A DNA stretch of 64,000 bases from Betaproteobacteria bacterium (GCA_022340285.1 JAJDOG010000096.1:24934-88933), one strand, 5' to 3'. Numbered from the stretch's first letter, positions 11,646 through 22,467 are shown. Made by a program: numbers and translations. Notes: a model not told the origin generated them from the sequence alone.

Positions 11646-13058
11646 ATGACGGATTCCGATCTCTGCAGCCTCGACGCGACCGAGCTCGTGCGCCTGGTCC
11701 GCACGCGGGCCATCTCCGCAACCGAGCTCCTCGCCGCGCATCTGGCGAGAATCGAGCGGGTCAATCCCGCGCTGAATGCGATCGTCACCTGCGTGCCGGA
11801 GCTCGCCCGCGAAGCCGCGCGGCGCGTCGACCAGGCGCTTGCGCGCGGCGACCCGCCCGGGCTGCTGGCCGGATTGCCCACCGCCGTCAAGGACCTCGTC
11901 CCGACGGCTGGCGTGCGCACCACCTTCGGCTCGCTCGTGTATCGCGATAACGTGCCTGCCGAGGACGCGCTGATCGTCGAGCGAATGAAGGCGGCCGGAG
12001 CGATCATCGTCGGCAAGACCAACTCGCCCGAATTCGGCGCCGGATCGCAAACGTTCAACAGCGTATTCGGGACGACACGCAATCCCTACGATCCGGCGTT
12101 GACCTGTGGCGGTTCGAGCGGCGGCGCAGCCGTCGCCGTCGCCTGCGGAATGGTGCCGGTCGCCGATGGGTCGGATCTCGGTGCCAGCCTGCGCAACCCC
12201 GCGAGCTTCTGCAACGTGGTGGGCCTGCGTCCCAGCGTCGGCCGGGTGCCCATCTGGCCGACGCCCAATGCGTGGGCATCCCTCTCGGTATTCGGGCCGA
12301 TGGCGCGTACGGTCAGCGACACTGCGCTCCTGCTCGCGGCACTCGCCGGACCTGACTCACGGTCACCCATCTCGCTCAGCGAGCCCGGCGAGATTTTCGC
12401 GCGCCCGCTCGAACGCGGATTTAAAGGGATACGGGTCGCCTGGAGCCGCGATCTCGGGGGCGCGCCGGTCGATCCGGTCGTCACGCAAGTCCTCGAATCC
12501 CAACGTCACGTCTTTGTGGAGCTCGGCTGCGTCGTCGAGGAAAACGAACCCGACCTGTCGGGCGCCACCGAGGCGTTTCACGTGCTGCGCGCCCACCAGT
12601 TTGCCCAGCGCTACGCACCGCTCCTCGAAGCGCATCGCGACAAGATCAAGCCCACGGTGGTGTGGAATGTCGAGGCGGGATTGCGGCTCACGCAGCAGGA
12701 CATCGCGCGCGCCGAGATGCAACGCACCGAGATCTACCACCGTGCGCGGCAGTTCTTCGAACGCTACGAGTTTCTGTTGTGCCCGGTCACGCAGGTGCTC
12801 CCGTTCCCGATCGAGATCGAGTATCCGACCGAGATCGGCGGCGTCAAGCTGGCCAACTATATCGAGTGGCTCAGGACCTGTTACGCGATCACGGTGACCG
12901 GACATCCGGCGATCTCCGTGCCGTGCGGGTTCAGCGACTCGGGCCTGCCGGTCGGCATACAGATCGCCGGACGAGCACGCGACGATTTCGGCGTGCTTCA
13001 GCTCGCCTACGCCTTCGAGCAGGCGACGCAGGTCGGACGCCGACGGCCGCCGGAATAG
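11646..13058 (+). CDS. amidase-signature family amidase
   Basis: 470-aa ORF with the GGSSGG signature, the catalytic-Lys context (AVKDLVPTAG) and SDLGASLRNPASFC. Confidence 0.85.
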   Translation: MTDSDLCSLDATELVRLVRTRAISATELLAAHLARIERVNPALNAIVTCVPELAREAARRVDQALARGDPPGLLAGLPTAVKDLVPTAGVRTTFGSLVYRDNVPAEDALIVERMKAAGAIIVGKTNSPEFGAGSQTFNSVFGTTRNPYDPALTCGGSSGGAAVAVACGMVPVADGSDLGASLRNPASFCNVVGLRPSVGRVPIWPTPNAWASLSVFGPMARTVSDTALLLAALAGPDSRSPISLSEPGEIFARPLERGFKGIRVAWSRDLGGAPVDPVVTQVLESQRHVFVELGCVVEENEPDLSGATEAFHVLRAHQFAQRYAPLLEAHRDKIKPTVVWNVEAGLRLTQQDIARAEMQRTEIYHRARQFFERYEFLLCPVTQVLPFPIEIEYPTEIGGVKLANYIEWLRTCYAITVTGHPAISVPCGFSDSGLPVGIQIAGRARDDFGVLQLAYAFEQATQVGRRRPPE

Positions 13059-13090
13059 GAACGCGCGCCCTGACCATCGGCGCGCCCGCC

Positions 13091-13540
13091 CTAGGCGCAG
13101 CCATGGCAGGGTTTCTGCGGCGCCGCCGTGGCCCCCAGGGCGGCGGCGATCCTCTGACCGACGCGGCGGATCGTACGACCGACCGCCACAAACGCGTCGC
13201 GGAAGGCTTCCGCCCGCAAGCGACGAGCGTTTTGGTCGTACGCCTCGAAGTTCTCGACAGCGTCCGTCCAGACGGCCGTCCAATCTTCCGGCGCAGGCGG
13301 GGGAACGACTTCGATGTCGGCCGAGCCAAACGCCATGACGAGCGCCATTCCGGGTGCCTGGAGCGTGACGGACTGCCCGGCGTGCAGAACGATGTCCTCG
13401 TGCCGGTCCTGCTCCGTGATCCAGACGTCACCGCTCAGGCTGACGATGCGGTGACCGCGCGCGTCCGGCACCCGCAGGACGCGGGCTTCCGGGAGCGCAG
13501 CGGTCAGATGTACGAGATGGGGCGTGCCACGAATGTCCAT
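13091..13540 (-). CDS. hypothetical small beta-rich protein (DUF2917-like, from memory)
   Basis: Track ORF 13091-13624 trimmed to the ATG at 13540, which has AAGGAG 6-7 nt upstream on the minus strand. It is divergent from a LysR regulator. The segment …SLSGDVWITEQDRHEDIVLHAGQSV… resembles DUF2917 proteins as I remember them. Unverified. Confidence 0.45.
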   Translation of the reverse strand: MDIRGTPHLVHLTAALPEARVLRVPDARGHRIVSLSGDVWITEQDRHEDIVLHAGQSVTLQAPGMALVMAFGSADIEVVPPPAPEDWTAVWTDAVENFEAYDQNARRLRAEAFRDAFVAVGRTIRRVGQRIAAALGATAAPQKPCHGCA

Positions 13541-13667
13541 GTTTCGACTCCTTCTTGCATGATCCTGATGCATCCAGATCGGTGGCTTCCTCCCGCCGAT
13601 CTCTGCTAGGCTTGAGTCGTACATTGCACCGATGCCTGACGCCTCTCAAACGATCATTTCGCATGCT

Positions 13668-13690
13668 TTGCATGCGTTCAAGGAATGCAA
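13668..13690 (+). promoter_or_regulatory. LTTR-type box TTGCAT-N11-ATGCAA
   Basis: Perfect 6-bp inverted repeat with an 11-nt spacer (T-N11-A logic) in the DUF2917-like/LysR divergent region. The right arm overlaps the LysR ATG at 13685. Confidence 0.3.
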
Positions 13691-14647
13691 GGAAAGCGCT
13701 TCGACCTGCCCCCGCTCGATCGGCTCGAGGTGTTCGAGGCCGCGGCGCGCAATCTCTCGTTCACCCGCGCCGCGGCCGAACTCCACCTGACCCAGTCCGC
13801 CGTGAGCCGCTCGATCGCCCTGCTCGAGGAGCGTCTGGGGTTCGAGCTCTTCGAGCGTCGGCACCGTGCGCTGCTGCTCACCGAGCGTGGGCAGGCGCTG
13901 TATGCGGCCACCGTCGAGGCGCTCGAGCGGCTGCACGGCACCGTGGGCCGCCTGCGCGCATCCGAAGCGGCCCCCACGCTGACGGTCACCACGACCCTGT
14001 CGTTCGCCGCGCTCTGGTTGATCCCGCGCCTCACCGGGTTCACGCGCACTCATCCCGGCGTGGACGTCCGTATCGCGGCGAGCAACGACGTTCAGGACCT
14101 CGACCGGGCCGGCATTGACGTCGCCGTGCGCTACACGCGGGCCGAGCGCGCCCTGGGCGCGACCAGGCTCTTCGGCGAGGAGGTGTTTCCGGTCTGCAGC
14201 CCGAAGCTCGCGCAGGACTCCGCGCACCCGCTGGCGCGCCCCGAGGATCTGCGCCACCACGTTCTCCTGCACGTCGAGAATCTGCACGCGACGCCGTGGC
14301 TCGTGTGGAACCAGTGGCTCGAGGCCGCGGGCATCGCGGACCTCAAACCGGCCGGTTCACTGCATTTCAGCCATTACGAGCAGCTCGTTCGCGCCGCCCT
14401 GGACGGTCAGGGCGTCGCCCTGGGTCGCATGCCGCTCATGCGCGACCTGCTGCGTTCGGGCAAGCTCGTGTCGCCCTTCGAGCGCGCGATCGCCTCGCCG
14501 CGGTGCTACTACCTGCTGCGCAGCCAGCGCTCCCTCGGCAATCCCGACGTCGACCTGTTCGAGAAATGGCTACGCAAGGAAGCGACGCAGAGCGCGAAGC
14601 CGCCTGCACGCCGCTCCGTTGCCGTAAAGCCCGTCAAGCGGACTTAG
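13685..14647 (+). CDS. LysR-family transcriptional regulator (GcvA-like)
   Basis: 320-aa ORF with an N-terminal wHTH (LEVFEAAARNLSFTRAAAELHLTQSAVSRSIALLEERLG) and a LysR substrate-binding domain. Confidence 0.9.
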   Translation: MQGKRFDLPPLDRLEVFEAAARNLSFTRAAAELHLTQSAVSRSIALLEERLGFELFERRHRALLLTERGQALYAATVEALERLHGTVGRLRASEAAPTLTVTTTLSFAALWLIPRLTGFTRTHPGVDVRIAASNDVQDLDRAGIDVAVRYTRAERALGATRLFGEEVFPVCSPKLAQDSAHPLARPEDLRHHVLLHVENLHATPWLVWNQWLEAAGIADLKPAGSLHFSHYEQLVRAALDGQGVALGRMPLMRDLLRSGKLVSPFERAIASPRCYYLLRSQRSLGNPDVDLFEKWLRKEATQSAKPPARRSVAVKPVKRT

Positions 14648-15260
14648 GCACCCGCCCGAGCAGGTAGAACTCGTCGTTCGGCCGTATGTCGATCATGTTT
14701 GCCATCCGGTTCGAGAGGGCGAAGAATGCGGCGATCGCTCCGATGTCCCAGATGTCCTCGTCGGAATAACCGTGGTCGCGCAGGGCGGCGAAATCCGACT
14801 CACCGATCTGCCGCGACGCGAGCGCGACCTTCACGGCGAAGTCGAGCATCGCGCGCTGGCGCGGGGTGATGTCCGCTTTAAGGTAGTTGATCGCGACCTG
14901 GTCGGCGACCAGCGGGTTCTTTGCCCGGATGCGCAGGATGGCGCCGTGCGCGATCACGCAGTAGTGGCAGTCATTCGCAGCGCTGGTGGCCACCACGATC
15001 ATCTCTCGGTCGGCCTTCGATAGACCGCTTTCCTTCTCCATCAGCGCGTCGTGATAGGCGAAAAACGCACGGAATTCGTCGGGTCGATGCGCGAGGGTCA
15101 GGAAGACGTTGGGCACGAAGCCCGACTTCTCCTGCACGGCCTCGATGCGCTCGCGCATGTCGGGCGGCAGCGACGCGAGGTCCGGAACCGGGTAGCGGCT
15201 GATGGGGTGGGTCGTTCCTGATACGGATTTGCTCACTGTGGCTCTCTCCTCCTCGCTCAT
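14634..15260 (-). CDS. AhpD/carboxymuconolactone-decarboxylase family peroxidase-related enzyme
   Basis: 208-aa ORF with the CxxC motif in the AhpD-like context (ANDCHYCVIAHG). Its 3' end overlaps the convergent LysR gene by 14 nt. Confidence 0.8.
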   Translation of the reverse strand: MSEEERATVSKSVSGTTHPISRYPVPDLASLPPDMRERIEAVQEKSGFVPNVFLTLAHRPDEFRAFFAYHDALMEKESGLSKADREMIVVATSAANDCHYCVIAHGAILRIRAKNPLVADQVAINYLKADITPRQRAMLDFAVKVALASRQIGESDFAALRDHGYSDEDIWDIGAIAAFFALSNRMANMIDIRPNDEFYLLGRVPKSA

Positions 15261-15411
15261 CGCTCATCGCTCAGTGTCCTCTCCGAACCGGCACTGGCGC
15301 GCGCCGCGGCTGGACCACGGTCCAGCTTACCACCGGGGGGGGGGACCCGGACCGCACATCCACCGGGCACCGCGCGCGTACAATCCGGATCGTCAACCTG
15401 GGGAGCCGGCG

Positions 15412-15837
15412 ATGGAGCTTTCCAAAGAGGTCGCGAAGCGCGGTTTCCGCAGCTGGTACGAACGCCAGCTCATCGAAAGCCACCTCTACCTGACTACGTG
15501 CATCATCTGCGCTTTCGGCGTAGCGGCGTTCATCGAGGCGTACCGATCGTCCGGCGGCGCGGCGCGCGGGCTCATCATGCTGCTGGCCGCGTTCCTGTCC
15601 GGGATCGTCGCGATACACGCGTGGCAGCGCTACCGGGGAATGATGGTGCGTGCGCAGCGCTTTGCGGACAAGGCCACGTGCACGAAGTGCGGCGTGTACG
15701 GAATACTCAGCGTGACCGATGCAAGCCGCATCGCGCACCCCGTCTACGACGAACGCGGAGTCAGCAAGGCTGACGATACGGATGGCGCGTGGCTGCGCGT
15801 GCAGTGCAAGCATTGCGGCCACGAATGGGCTATTTAG
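15412..15837 (+). CDS. hypothetical membrane protein with C-terminal CxxC…CxxC zinc-ribbon-like motif
   Basis: Track ORF 15202-15837 trimmed to the ATG at 15412 (MELSKEVAKRGF…). It has two hydrophobic helices, then CTKCG…CKHCGHEW. No family recognised. Confidence 0.5.
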   Translation: MELSKEVAKRGFRSWYERQLIESHLYLTTCIICAFGVAAFIEAYRSSGGAARGLIMLLAAFLSGIVAIHAWQRYRGMMVRAQRFADKATCTKCGVYGILSVTDASRIAHPVYDERGVSKADDTDGAWLRVQCKHCGHEWAI

Positions 15838-15891
15838 AAGCGGTCTCGAGGTTCGCGCACTTCGTTCGCCTTCGGTCTGGCGCCGACGAAG

Positions 15892-16212
15892 TCAATCCCA
15901 TCGATCGTCGCGTACCTCCACGACGCCGTCCTTGACGCGCACCGGAAGCACTGCAGTAGGTTCGTAGGCCGGCGCCGTAAGCGCCTCGCCAGTACGGATG
16001 CAGAAACGCGCGCCGTGACGCGGGCAGATGATCTCGGCGCCTTCCACGGTGCCGCCGGTGAGCTGTCCGCCGTCGTGCGTGCACACGTCCTCGATGGCAT
16101 GAAACGCGCCCTCGAGGTTGAAGACCGCCACCTGCGTGCCATCGACGTCTGCGACGCGATGCTCCCCCGGTCCCAGCTCGGCGACCGGGCAGACCGCCAC
16201 CCAATCACTCAT
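15892..16212 (-). CDS. Rieske [2Fe-2S] ferredoxin (non-heme iron oxygenase ferredoxin-subunit type)
   Basis: Trimmed to the ATG at 16212, which overlaps the upstream gene's stop (ATGA). Rieske ligand motifs CTHDGG … CPRHGARF are present. It is the last gene of the suf operon. Confidence 0.8.
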   Translation of the reverse strand: MSDWVAVCPVAELGPGEHRVADVDGTQVAVFNLEGAFHAIEDVCTHDGGQLTGGTVEGAEIICPRHGARFCIRTGEALTAPAYEPTAVLPVRVKDGVVEVRDDRWD

Positions 16213-16787
16213 ACCGGAACGACTTGAAGCTCGGGGTCGATCTCGCGGACCATGTACTCGATCGCCGACAGCGTGCCCGAAAAGGCGCTGGGACAGCCGC
16301 CACATGCGCCCTGGTAGTGGAGCTTCAGCTGATTCCCCTCGAGGCCGAGGATGTGCACGTCGCCGCCGTCGCCGCGGAGATAGGGTCGGACCTGCTGGTC
16401 GAGCACCGCCTCGATCATCTCGAGCTTCTGGGCATCCTCGGCGGAAAGCTCGTCCACCGGCGTGACCTGCGCGTGGGGGTTATCGTCGTTGGCGAGAAAC
16501 TCGGCCGTGCGCTCCGCCGCATTGGGCGCTTCGCGGATCGGCACCGCGACCTGACGCGCAAGCTCGTTCCAGTCCGCCTCGCCGTCCTGGGTCACCGTGA
16601 TCCACATGTCCACGTAGAAGACGCTCGTCACGTGCGGAATCGCGAACAACGCTTCCGCCAGCGGATCGCCCCGCGCGGATTCCGCGCTCTCGTAGGAACG
16701 CGAGACGCCATGGGTGAGCGGCTCGCGCAGCACGAACTTGCGCGCATTCGGATTGGGGGTCGGTTCGATTTCTGCGATCTTGGGCAT
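16209..16787 (-). CDS. Nfu/NifU-type Fe-S cluster carrier (Nfu N-terminal domain plus NifU C-terminal CxxC domain)
   Basis: Track ORF 16209-17156 trimmed to the ATG at 16787 (MPKIAEIEPTPNPNARKFVL…). The C-terminal part …LHYQGACGGCPSAFSGTL… is the NifU-like CxxC motif. Confidence 0.8.
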   Translation of the reverse strand: MPKIAEIEPTPNPNARKFVLREPLTHGVSRSYESAESARGDPLAEALFAIPHVTSVFYVDMWITVTQDGEADWNELARQVAVPIREAPNAAERTAEFLANDDNPHAQVTPVDELSAEDAQKLEMIEAVLDQQVRPYLRGDGGDVHILGLEGNQLKLHYQGACGGCPSAFSGTLSAIEYMVREIDPELQVVPV

Positions 16788-16792
16788 GACGT

Positions 16793-17266
16793 CTATGCGT
16801 TCGCGAAGGGGTCGTTGGCCCCTTCCGTGGAGATGGTTGCTTCCTGGGCAAACGCGGCGTGCAGGGTGTGCCACGGCAGGATCGCGCACTTCACGCGCGC
16901 CGGAAGGTCCTTGACGCCGGCGAACACCGTCAGCCGCCCGAGATGGTGCGTGCCTTGCCCGACATCGAGTTTTCCGGTGGCCATCTCGCGAAATTCCTGC
17001 ACGAGCGCGTCGGCCTCGGCGAGCTTCTTGCCCTTCACCGCAGTGGTCATCATCGAGGCCGAGGCCTTGCAGATCGCGCAGCTCTTCCCTTCGAAGGCCA
17101 CGTTCTCGATCGCGTCGTCGACCACTTTCAGCGTCACCCAGATGTGATCGCCGCACAGCGGATTGAGGCCCTCACTCTTGTGCGTGCAGCCCTCCACCTT
17201 GCCCCAGTTCCGGGGCTTCTTGTTATGGTCGAGGATGATCTCCTGGTAGAGCTGCGTGCTGTCCAT
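16793..17266 (-). CDS. sufU: SUF system NifU-family sulfur acceptor/scaffold SufU
   Basis: 157-aa ORF with YQEIILDHNKKPRN…NPLCGD…GKSCAICKASASMM…RVKCAILPW, the typical SufU/IscU-like three-Cys pattern. It sits directly after sufS. Confidence 0.85.
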   Translation of the reverse strand: MDSTQLYQEIILDHNKKPRNWGKVEGCTHKSEGLNPLCGDHIWVTLKVVDDAIENVAFEGKSCAICKASASMMTTAVKGKKLAEADALVQEFREMATGKLDVGQGTHHLGRLTVFAGVKDLPARVKCAILPWHTLHAAFAQEATISTEGANDPFANA

Positions 17267-17287
17267 GGCTTCTTCGGTCCGGTCCCC

Positions 17288-18553
17288 TCACGCAAACAGC
17301 TTCTGTACCCGACGGACGGAAGCGGCGAGCTGGTCCACCTCCGCGAGCGTGTTGTAGAACGCAAACGAAGCACGCGCCGTCGCGGCCACGCCGAAGCGGT
17401 CCATGACCGGCTGAGCGCAGTGGTGGCCGGTACGCACCGCGACACCGTCGTCGTTCAACAGCGAGCCGACGTCGTGCGGGTGGACCTCTCCCACGTTGAA
17501 CGACAGAACCGATGCCTTCTGTTGCGCCTCGCCGATGATGCGAACGTCGGGAATCGCGCGCAGCGACTCTGTCGCGTACCGCAGCAGCTCGTTTTCGTAC
17601 GCTGCAATCCGGTCCAGGCCGACTCCCGTCACGTAATCGAGCGCCGTGGCGAGCGCAATGGCCTGCGAGATCGGTGGCGTGCCGGCCTCGAACTTGTAGG
17701 GAATGACGTTGTAGGTCGTCTTCTCGAAAGTGACCGACAGGATCATGTCGCCACCGCCGCGGAACGGACGCATCTTCTCCAGCAGCGCCGCCTTCCCGTA
17801 GAGCACGCCCACACCGGTGGGGCCGAACACCTTGTGGCCGGTGAAAGCATAGAAGTCGCAGTCGAGCGCCTGCACATCGACCGCCATGTGCTGCACGGCC
17901 TGGGCGCCGTCGATCATGATCGGCACGCCGTGGCGGTGCGCGATCTCGGTCATCTCGCGCACCGGGTTGATGGTGCCAAGTGCGTTCGCGACGTGGGTGA
18001 CCGAGACGAAACGCGTGCGCGGGCTGAAGAGCTTCTCGAACTCCTCCATGATCACTTCGCCGGAGTCGTTGATCGGCGCGACGCGCAGCTTTGCGCCCTT
18101 CTCCTCGCAGAGCATCTGCCAGGGCACGATGTTCGCGTGGTGCTCGAGATGCGTGATGATGATTTCATCGCCCGCACCGATGAAAGCCCGTCCGTAGCCG
18201 TGCGCGACGAGGTTGATCGAGTCGGTCACGTTGGAGGTGAAGACGATCTCGCGGTCCTGCCGCGCGTTCAGAAAGCGCTGCACCGTGACGCGCGCGGCCT
18301 CGAACGCCGCGGTCGCAGTCGCCGACAGGTAGTGGACGCCGCGGTGAATGTTGGCGTGCTCGCGCGTCTGGTAGCGGACGAGGCGGTCGATCACCTGCTG
18401 CGGCATCTGCGAGGACGCTCCGTTGTCGAGATACGCGAGCGGTTTGCCGTTCACGCGCACCTCGCCGAGAATCGGGAAGTCAGCGCGAATCGGCTCGACG
18501 TCGAACGGTGCGGCGATGATGCCCGACGGGGTCTGAAGCGGAAGGGCGCTCAT
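17288..18553 (-). CDS. sufS: cysteine desulfurase SufS (class II)
   Basis: 421-aa ORF with PLP-Lys context (FTGHKVFGPTGVGVLYG) and active-site loop (RTGHHCAQP). Confidence 0.93.
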   Translation of the reverse strand: MSALPLQTPSGIIAAPFDVEPIRADFPILGEVRVNGKPLAYLDNGASSQMPQQVIDRLVRYQTREHANIHRGVHYLSATATAAFEAARVTVQRFLNARQDREIVFTSNVTDSINLVAHGYGRAFIGAGDEIIITHLEHHANIVPWQMLCEEKGAKLRVAPINDSGEVIMEEFEKLFSPRTRFVSVTHVANALGTINPVREMTEIAHRHGVPIMIDGAQAVQHMAVDVQALDCDFYAFTGHKVFGPTGVGVLYGKAALLEKMRPFRGGGDMILSVTFEKTTYNVIPYKFEAGTPPISQAIALATALDYVTGVGLDRIAAYENELLRYATESLRAIPDVRIIGEAQQKASVLSFNVGEVHPHDVGSLLNDDGVAVRTGHHCAQPVMDRFGVAATARASFAFYNTLAEVDQLAASVRRVQKLFA

Positions 18554-18557
18554 CGCG

Positions 18558-19853
18558 TCAGACCTTTGCCTGCGTGCGCCGCGTCACCAGCTCTTCCAGC
18601 CGCTCGCGCAGCGAGGCGATCGGGATCCGGTCGACGATTTCGGCGGCGAATGCGTAGGTGAGCAGGTTGCGCGCCGCCGCTTCGCTCAGGCCGCGGCTGC
18701 GCAGGTAGAAAACGTGGTCGGGGTCGAGCTGGCCGACCGTTGCGCCATGCGCGCACTTCACGTCGTCGGCGAGAATCTCTAGCTGGGGCTTCGTGTCGAC
18801 GTGCGCTTTGCCGGTGAGCAGCAGATTGCGGCTCGACTGGGCCGAATCCGTGCGCTGCGCGCCCCGGCGGACCACGATCCTGCCGTTGAAGACCGCGTGC
18901 GCCGCGCCGTCCACGATGCACTTGTGAAGCTGGCGGCTGCGTCCGTTCGGCTGTGCATGGTCGATCGAGCTGTGGGTGTCGGCGAGCTGCCGTCCGGCAA
19001 CGAGCGCGAGTCCGTCGAGCTTGCAGTCGGTGCCCTCGCCTTCCTGGCGCACGTTGTGGCTCAGGCGCGAGATGCGGGCGCCAAAACAGATGTTCTGCGA
19101 AGCGTACCGCGCGTCGCGCGCGAGCGATACGCCGCAGGTGGCTATGTGAAACGATTGTTCGCTATCGCGCTGCACGCGCACGTGGCGGACGCTCGCGTTC
19201 TCGCCGACGGCGATCTCGGTGACTCCGTTTACGAAATACGCCCCGCCGGCGAGGCTCACGTAGTCCTCGATGAACGACAGCTCGGCGCCGCGTTCGACGA
19301 CCACCAAGACGCGTGGGTAGCTGGCGCGCTCCGGCTGGGTGCTCACGAAGAGCAGCTGCACGGGACGGCTCGCCTGATGGTCGCGCGGCACGGCGACCAC
19401 GGCGCCGTGCTGCAGGTAGGCGGTGTTGACCGCGGCGAACGGATCCTGCTCGACTCCGACAAGCCGCGCGATGTGTCCCTCGGCAATTCCCGGCGCCCCG
19501 CGCACGCTATCCACGACGGTGCCCACCGAGATCCCGTCGTCGCCGGTCATGGACATTTCCGGCACATAGTGGCCGTCAACATAGACGAGGCGGCTCGTCG
19601 CTTCGGGCACGAACAGTCGCTCGATCGCCTCGCGCGGCATCTCAGTCGGGAAGGTCGCCGGCTGATACGCCGTCTTGTAGAGCGGCGAGAGGTCGGTGAA
19701 CCGCCAATCCTCGTCGCGGGTCGTGGGCACGGCGAGTGCGTTGGCGCGCTCGAGGGCGGCCGCGCGCAGCCGATTCAGCCACGCATTCGGTCCGGCCGGC
19801 AGCGTGCCGGGTAGCAGCGCGGCGGCGTAGCTCTTTGCGGCGCTTTCGGTCAT
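18558..19853 (-). CDS. sufD: Fe-S cluster assembly protein SufD
   Basis: 431-aa ORF between sufC and sufS. The C-terminal beta-helix region is typical of SufB/SufD (…GAKVDTKPQLEI…DVKCAHGATVGQL…). Confidence 0.88.
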   Translation of the reverse strand: MTESAAKSYAAALLPGTLPAGPNAWLNRLRAAALERANALAVPTTRDEDWRFTDLSPLYKTAYQPATFPTEMPREAIERLFVPEATSRLVYVDGHYVPEMSMTGDDGISVGTVVDSVRGAPGIAEGHIARLVGVEQDPFAAVNTAYLQHGAVVAVPRDHQASRPVQLLFVSTQPERASYPRVLVVVERGAELSFIEDYVSLAGGAYFVNGVTEIAVGENASVRHVRVQRDSEQSFHIATCGVSLARDARYASQNICFGARISRLSHNVRQEGEGTDCKLDGLALVAGRQLADTHSSIDHAQPNGRSRQLHKCIVDGAAHAVFNGRIVVRRGAQRTDSAQSSRNLLLTGKAHVDTKPQLEILADDVKCAHGATVGQLDPDHVFYLRSRGLSEAAARNLLTYAFAAEIVDRIPIASLRERLEELVTRRTQAKV

Positions 19854-19859
19854 TGCAGC

Positions 19860-20641
<782 letters not shown>

Positions 20642-20645
<4 letters not shown>

Positions 20646-22081
20646 CCGACACTTCCCTCCAGCTTCAATCCAAGGAGCTTCGTCGCCTCCACCGCAAACT
20701 CCATCGGCAGTTGCGTGAAGACCTCCTTCACGAATCCGTTGATGATCATCGACACCGCCTCCTCGGGACCGATGCCTCGCTGGGCGAAGTAGAACAACTG
20801 GTCTTCGCCGATCTTCGACGTGCTGGCCTCGTGCTCCACGGTCGCGCCGTTGTTCTGCACCTGGATGTAAGGAAAGGTGTGCGCGCCACAGGCGTCGCCG
20901 ATCAGCATCGAGTCGCACTGCGAGAAGTTGCGCGCCCGGTCCGCCTTGGGCCCGATCTTCACGAGTCCGCGGTAGCTGTTGTTCGATTTGCCCGCCGAGA
21001 TGCCCTTGCTGATGATCCGGCTGCGCGTGTTGCGTCCCACATGGATCATCTTGGTGCCGGTATCGGCCTGCTGCATGTGATTGGTGAGCGCCACCGAGTA
21101 GAACTCGCCCACCGAGTCGTCTCCGAGGAGGACGCAGGACGGGTACTTCCAGGTGATCGCTGAACCGGTTTCCACCTGGGTCCACGAAATCTTGCTTGCC
21201 ACGCCCTTGCAGAGTCCGCGCTTGGTCACGAAATTGTAGATGCCGCCGCGCCCGTTCTCGTCGCCGGCATACCAGTTCTGCACCGTCGAATACTTGATCT
21301 CGGCGTTGTCGAGCGCGACGAGCTCGACGACCGCCGCGTGCAGCTGATTGGTGTCGAATTGCGGCGCGGTACAGCCCTCTAGGTAGGAAACATGACTCCC
21401 TTCCTCGGCCACGATCAGCGTGCGCTCGAACTGCCCGGAATCCTGCGTGTTGATCCGGAAGTAGGTCGACAACTCCATCGGGCAGTGCACGCCCTTCGGT
21501 ATGTAGCAGAACGAGCCGTCGGTGAAGACCGCCGAGTTGAGCGCCGCATAGAAATTGTCGGACGTGGGCACGACGGACCCGAGGTATCTGCGCACCAGGT
21601 CGGGGTGGTCGTGCACGGCTTCCGAAATAGAGCAGAAGATGACCCCCACCTCGGCGAGCTTCTTCTTGTAGGTCGTCGTGACCGACACCGAGTCGAAGAT
21701 CACGTCCACGGCGACCCCGGCGAGCACCTTCTGCTCATGGAGCGGCACGCCGAGCTTCTCGAACGTTCGGCGCAGCTCCGGATCCACATCGTCCATGCTG
21801 GCGAGCTTCTTCTTCGGCTTCGGCGCCGAGTAGTAGCTGATGTCCTGGAAGTCGATCTTCGGATACGTCACGTTCGGCCACTTCGGCTCGGCCATGGTGA
21901 GCCAGTGCCGGTACGCGGTCAGGCGGAACTCGAGGAGCCACTCCGGCTCGTTCTTCTTGCGCGAGATGAGCCGGATCGTCTCTTCGGAAAGCCCCTTCGG
22001 CGTGGTCTCCGACTCGATGTCGGTGACGAAACCGTGCTTGTAGGGCTGATCGATCAGATTCTGAAGCGCCGTGTTGCTCAT
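20642..22081 (-). CDS. sufB: Fe-S cluster assembly scaffold SufB
   Basis: 479-aa ORF highly typical of SufB (…YKHGF…, …[16 protein letters not shown]…, …[16 protein letters not shown]…). Confidence 0.95.
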
Positions 22082-22106
22082 CTGCTCACCATGTGTCGCG
22101 TCGTTG

Positions 22107-22433
22107 TCACTCGACGCTGAAGCTCTCGCCGCAACCGCACTCGGCCTTCACGTTCGGGTTCTGGAACTTGAACGCCGAACCGAAGCCGCTCTTCTGGAAA
22201 TCGAGCACCGAGCCGTCGAGGTAGCCGATGACTTCCTTGTCCACCACGACCTTCGTGTCGTACGAGTCGAAAGCGAGGTCGTTTGCGCCGATCTCGTCCG
22301 CGAAATCGAAGGTATAGGCGAAGCCCGAGCAGCCCACTTTCTTGATTCCCACGCGCAGCCCCAGGCCCTTGCCCCGGTTGGCAAGGGTGCTCTGGATGTG
22401 CTTTGCGGCACTTTCGGTCAACGTGATAGCCAT
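22107..22433 (-). CDS. A-type Fe-S carrier (IscA/SufA/ErpA family)
   Basis: 108-aa ORF with the HesB/IscA Cys pattern (GCSGF … CGCGESF). Confidence 0.85.
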   Translation of the reverse strand: MAITLTESAAKHIQSTLANRGKGLGLRVGIKKVGCSGFAYTFDFADEIGANDLAFDSYDTKVVVDKEVIGYLDGSVLDFQKSGFGSAFKFQNPNVKAECGCGESFSVE

Positions 22434-22467
22434 GTCGGTCGCTCCGGCCTGCGAGGATCCTCCGCGT

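Noticed and set aside
15247-15266. Short tandem CTCATCG CTCATCG duplication at the 5' end of the AhpD-like gene.
   Set aside because: Only two 7-nt copies lie next to the start codon region, which is compatible with chance or a trivial duplication. No further structure is present.
15892-16212. The suf-operon Rieske ferredoxin as the missing electron-transfer partner of the Rieske oxygenase at 58783-60771.
   Set aside because: The two loci are about 43 kb apart. The ferredoxin is translationally coupled to the suf genes, and nothing in the sequence links them.
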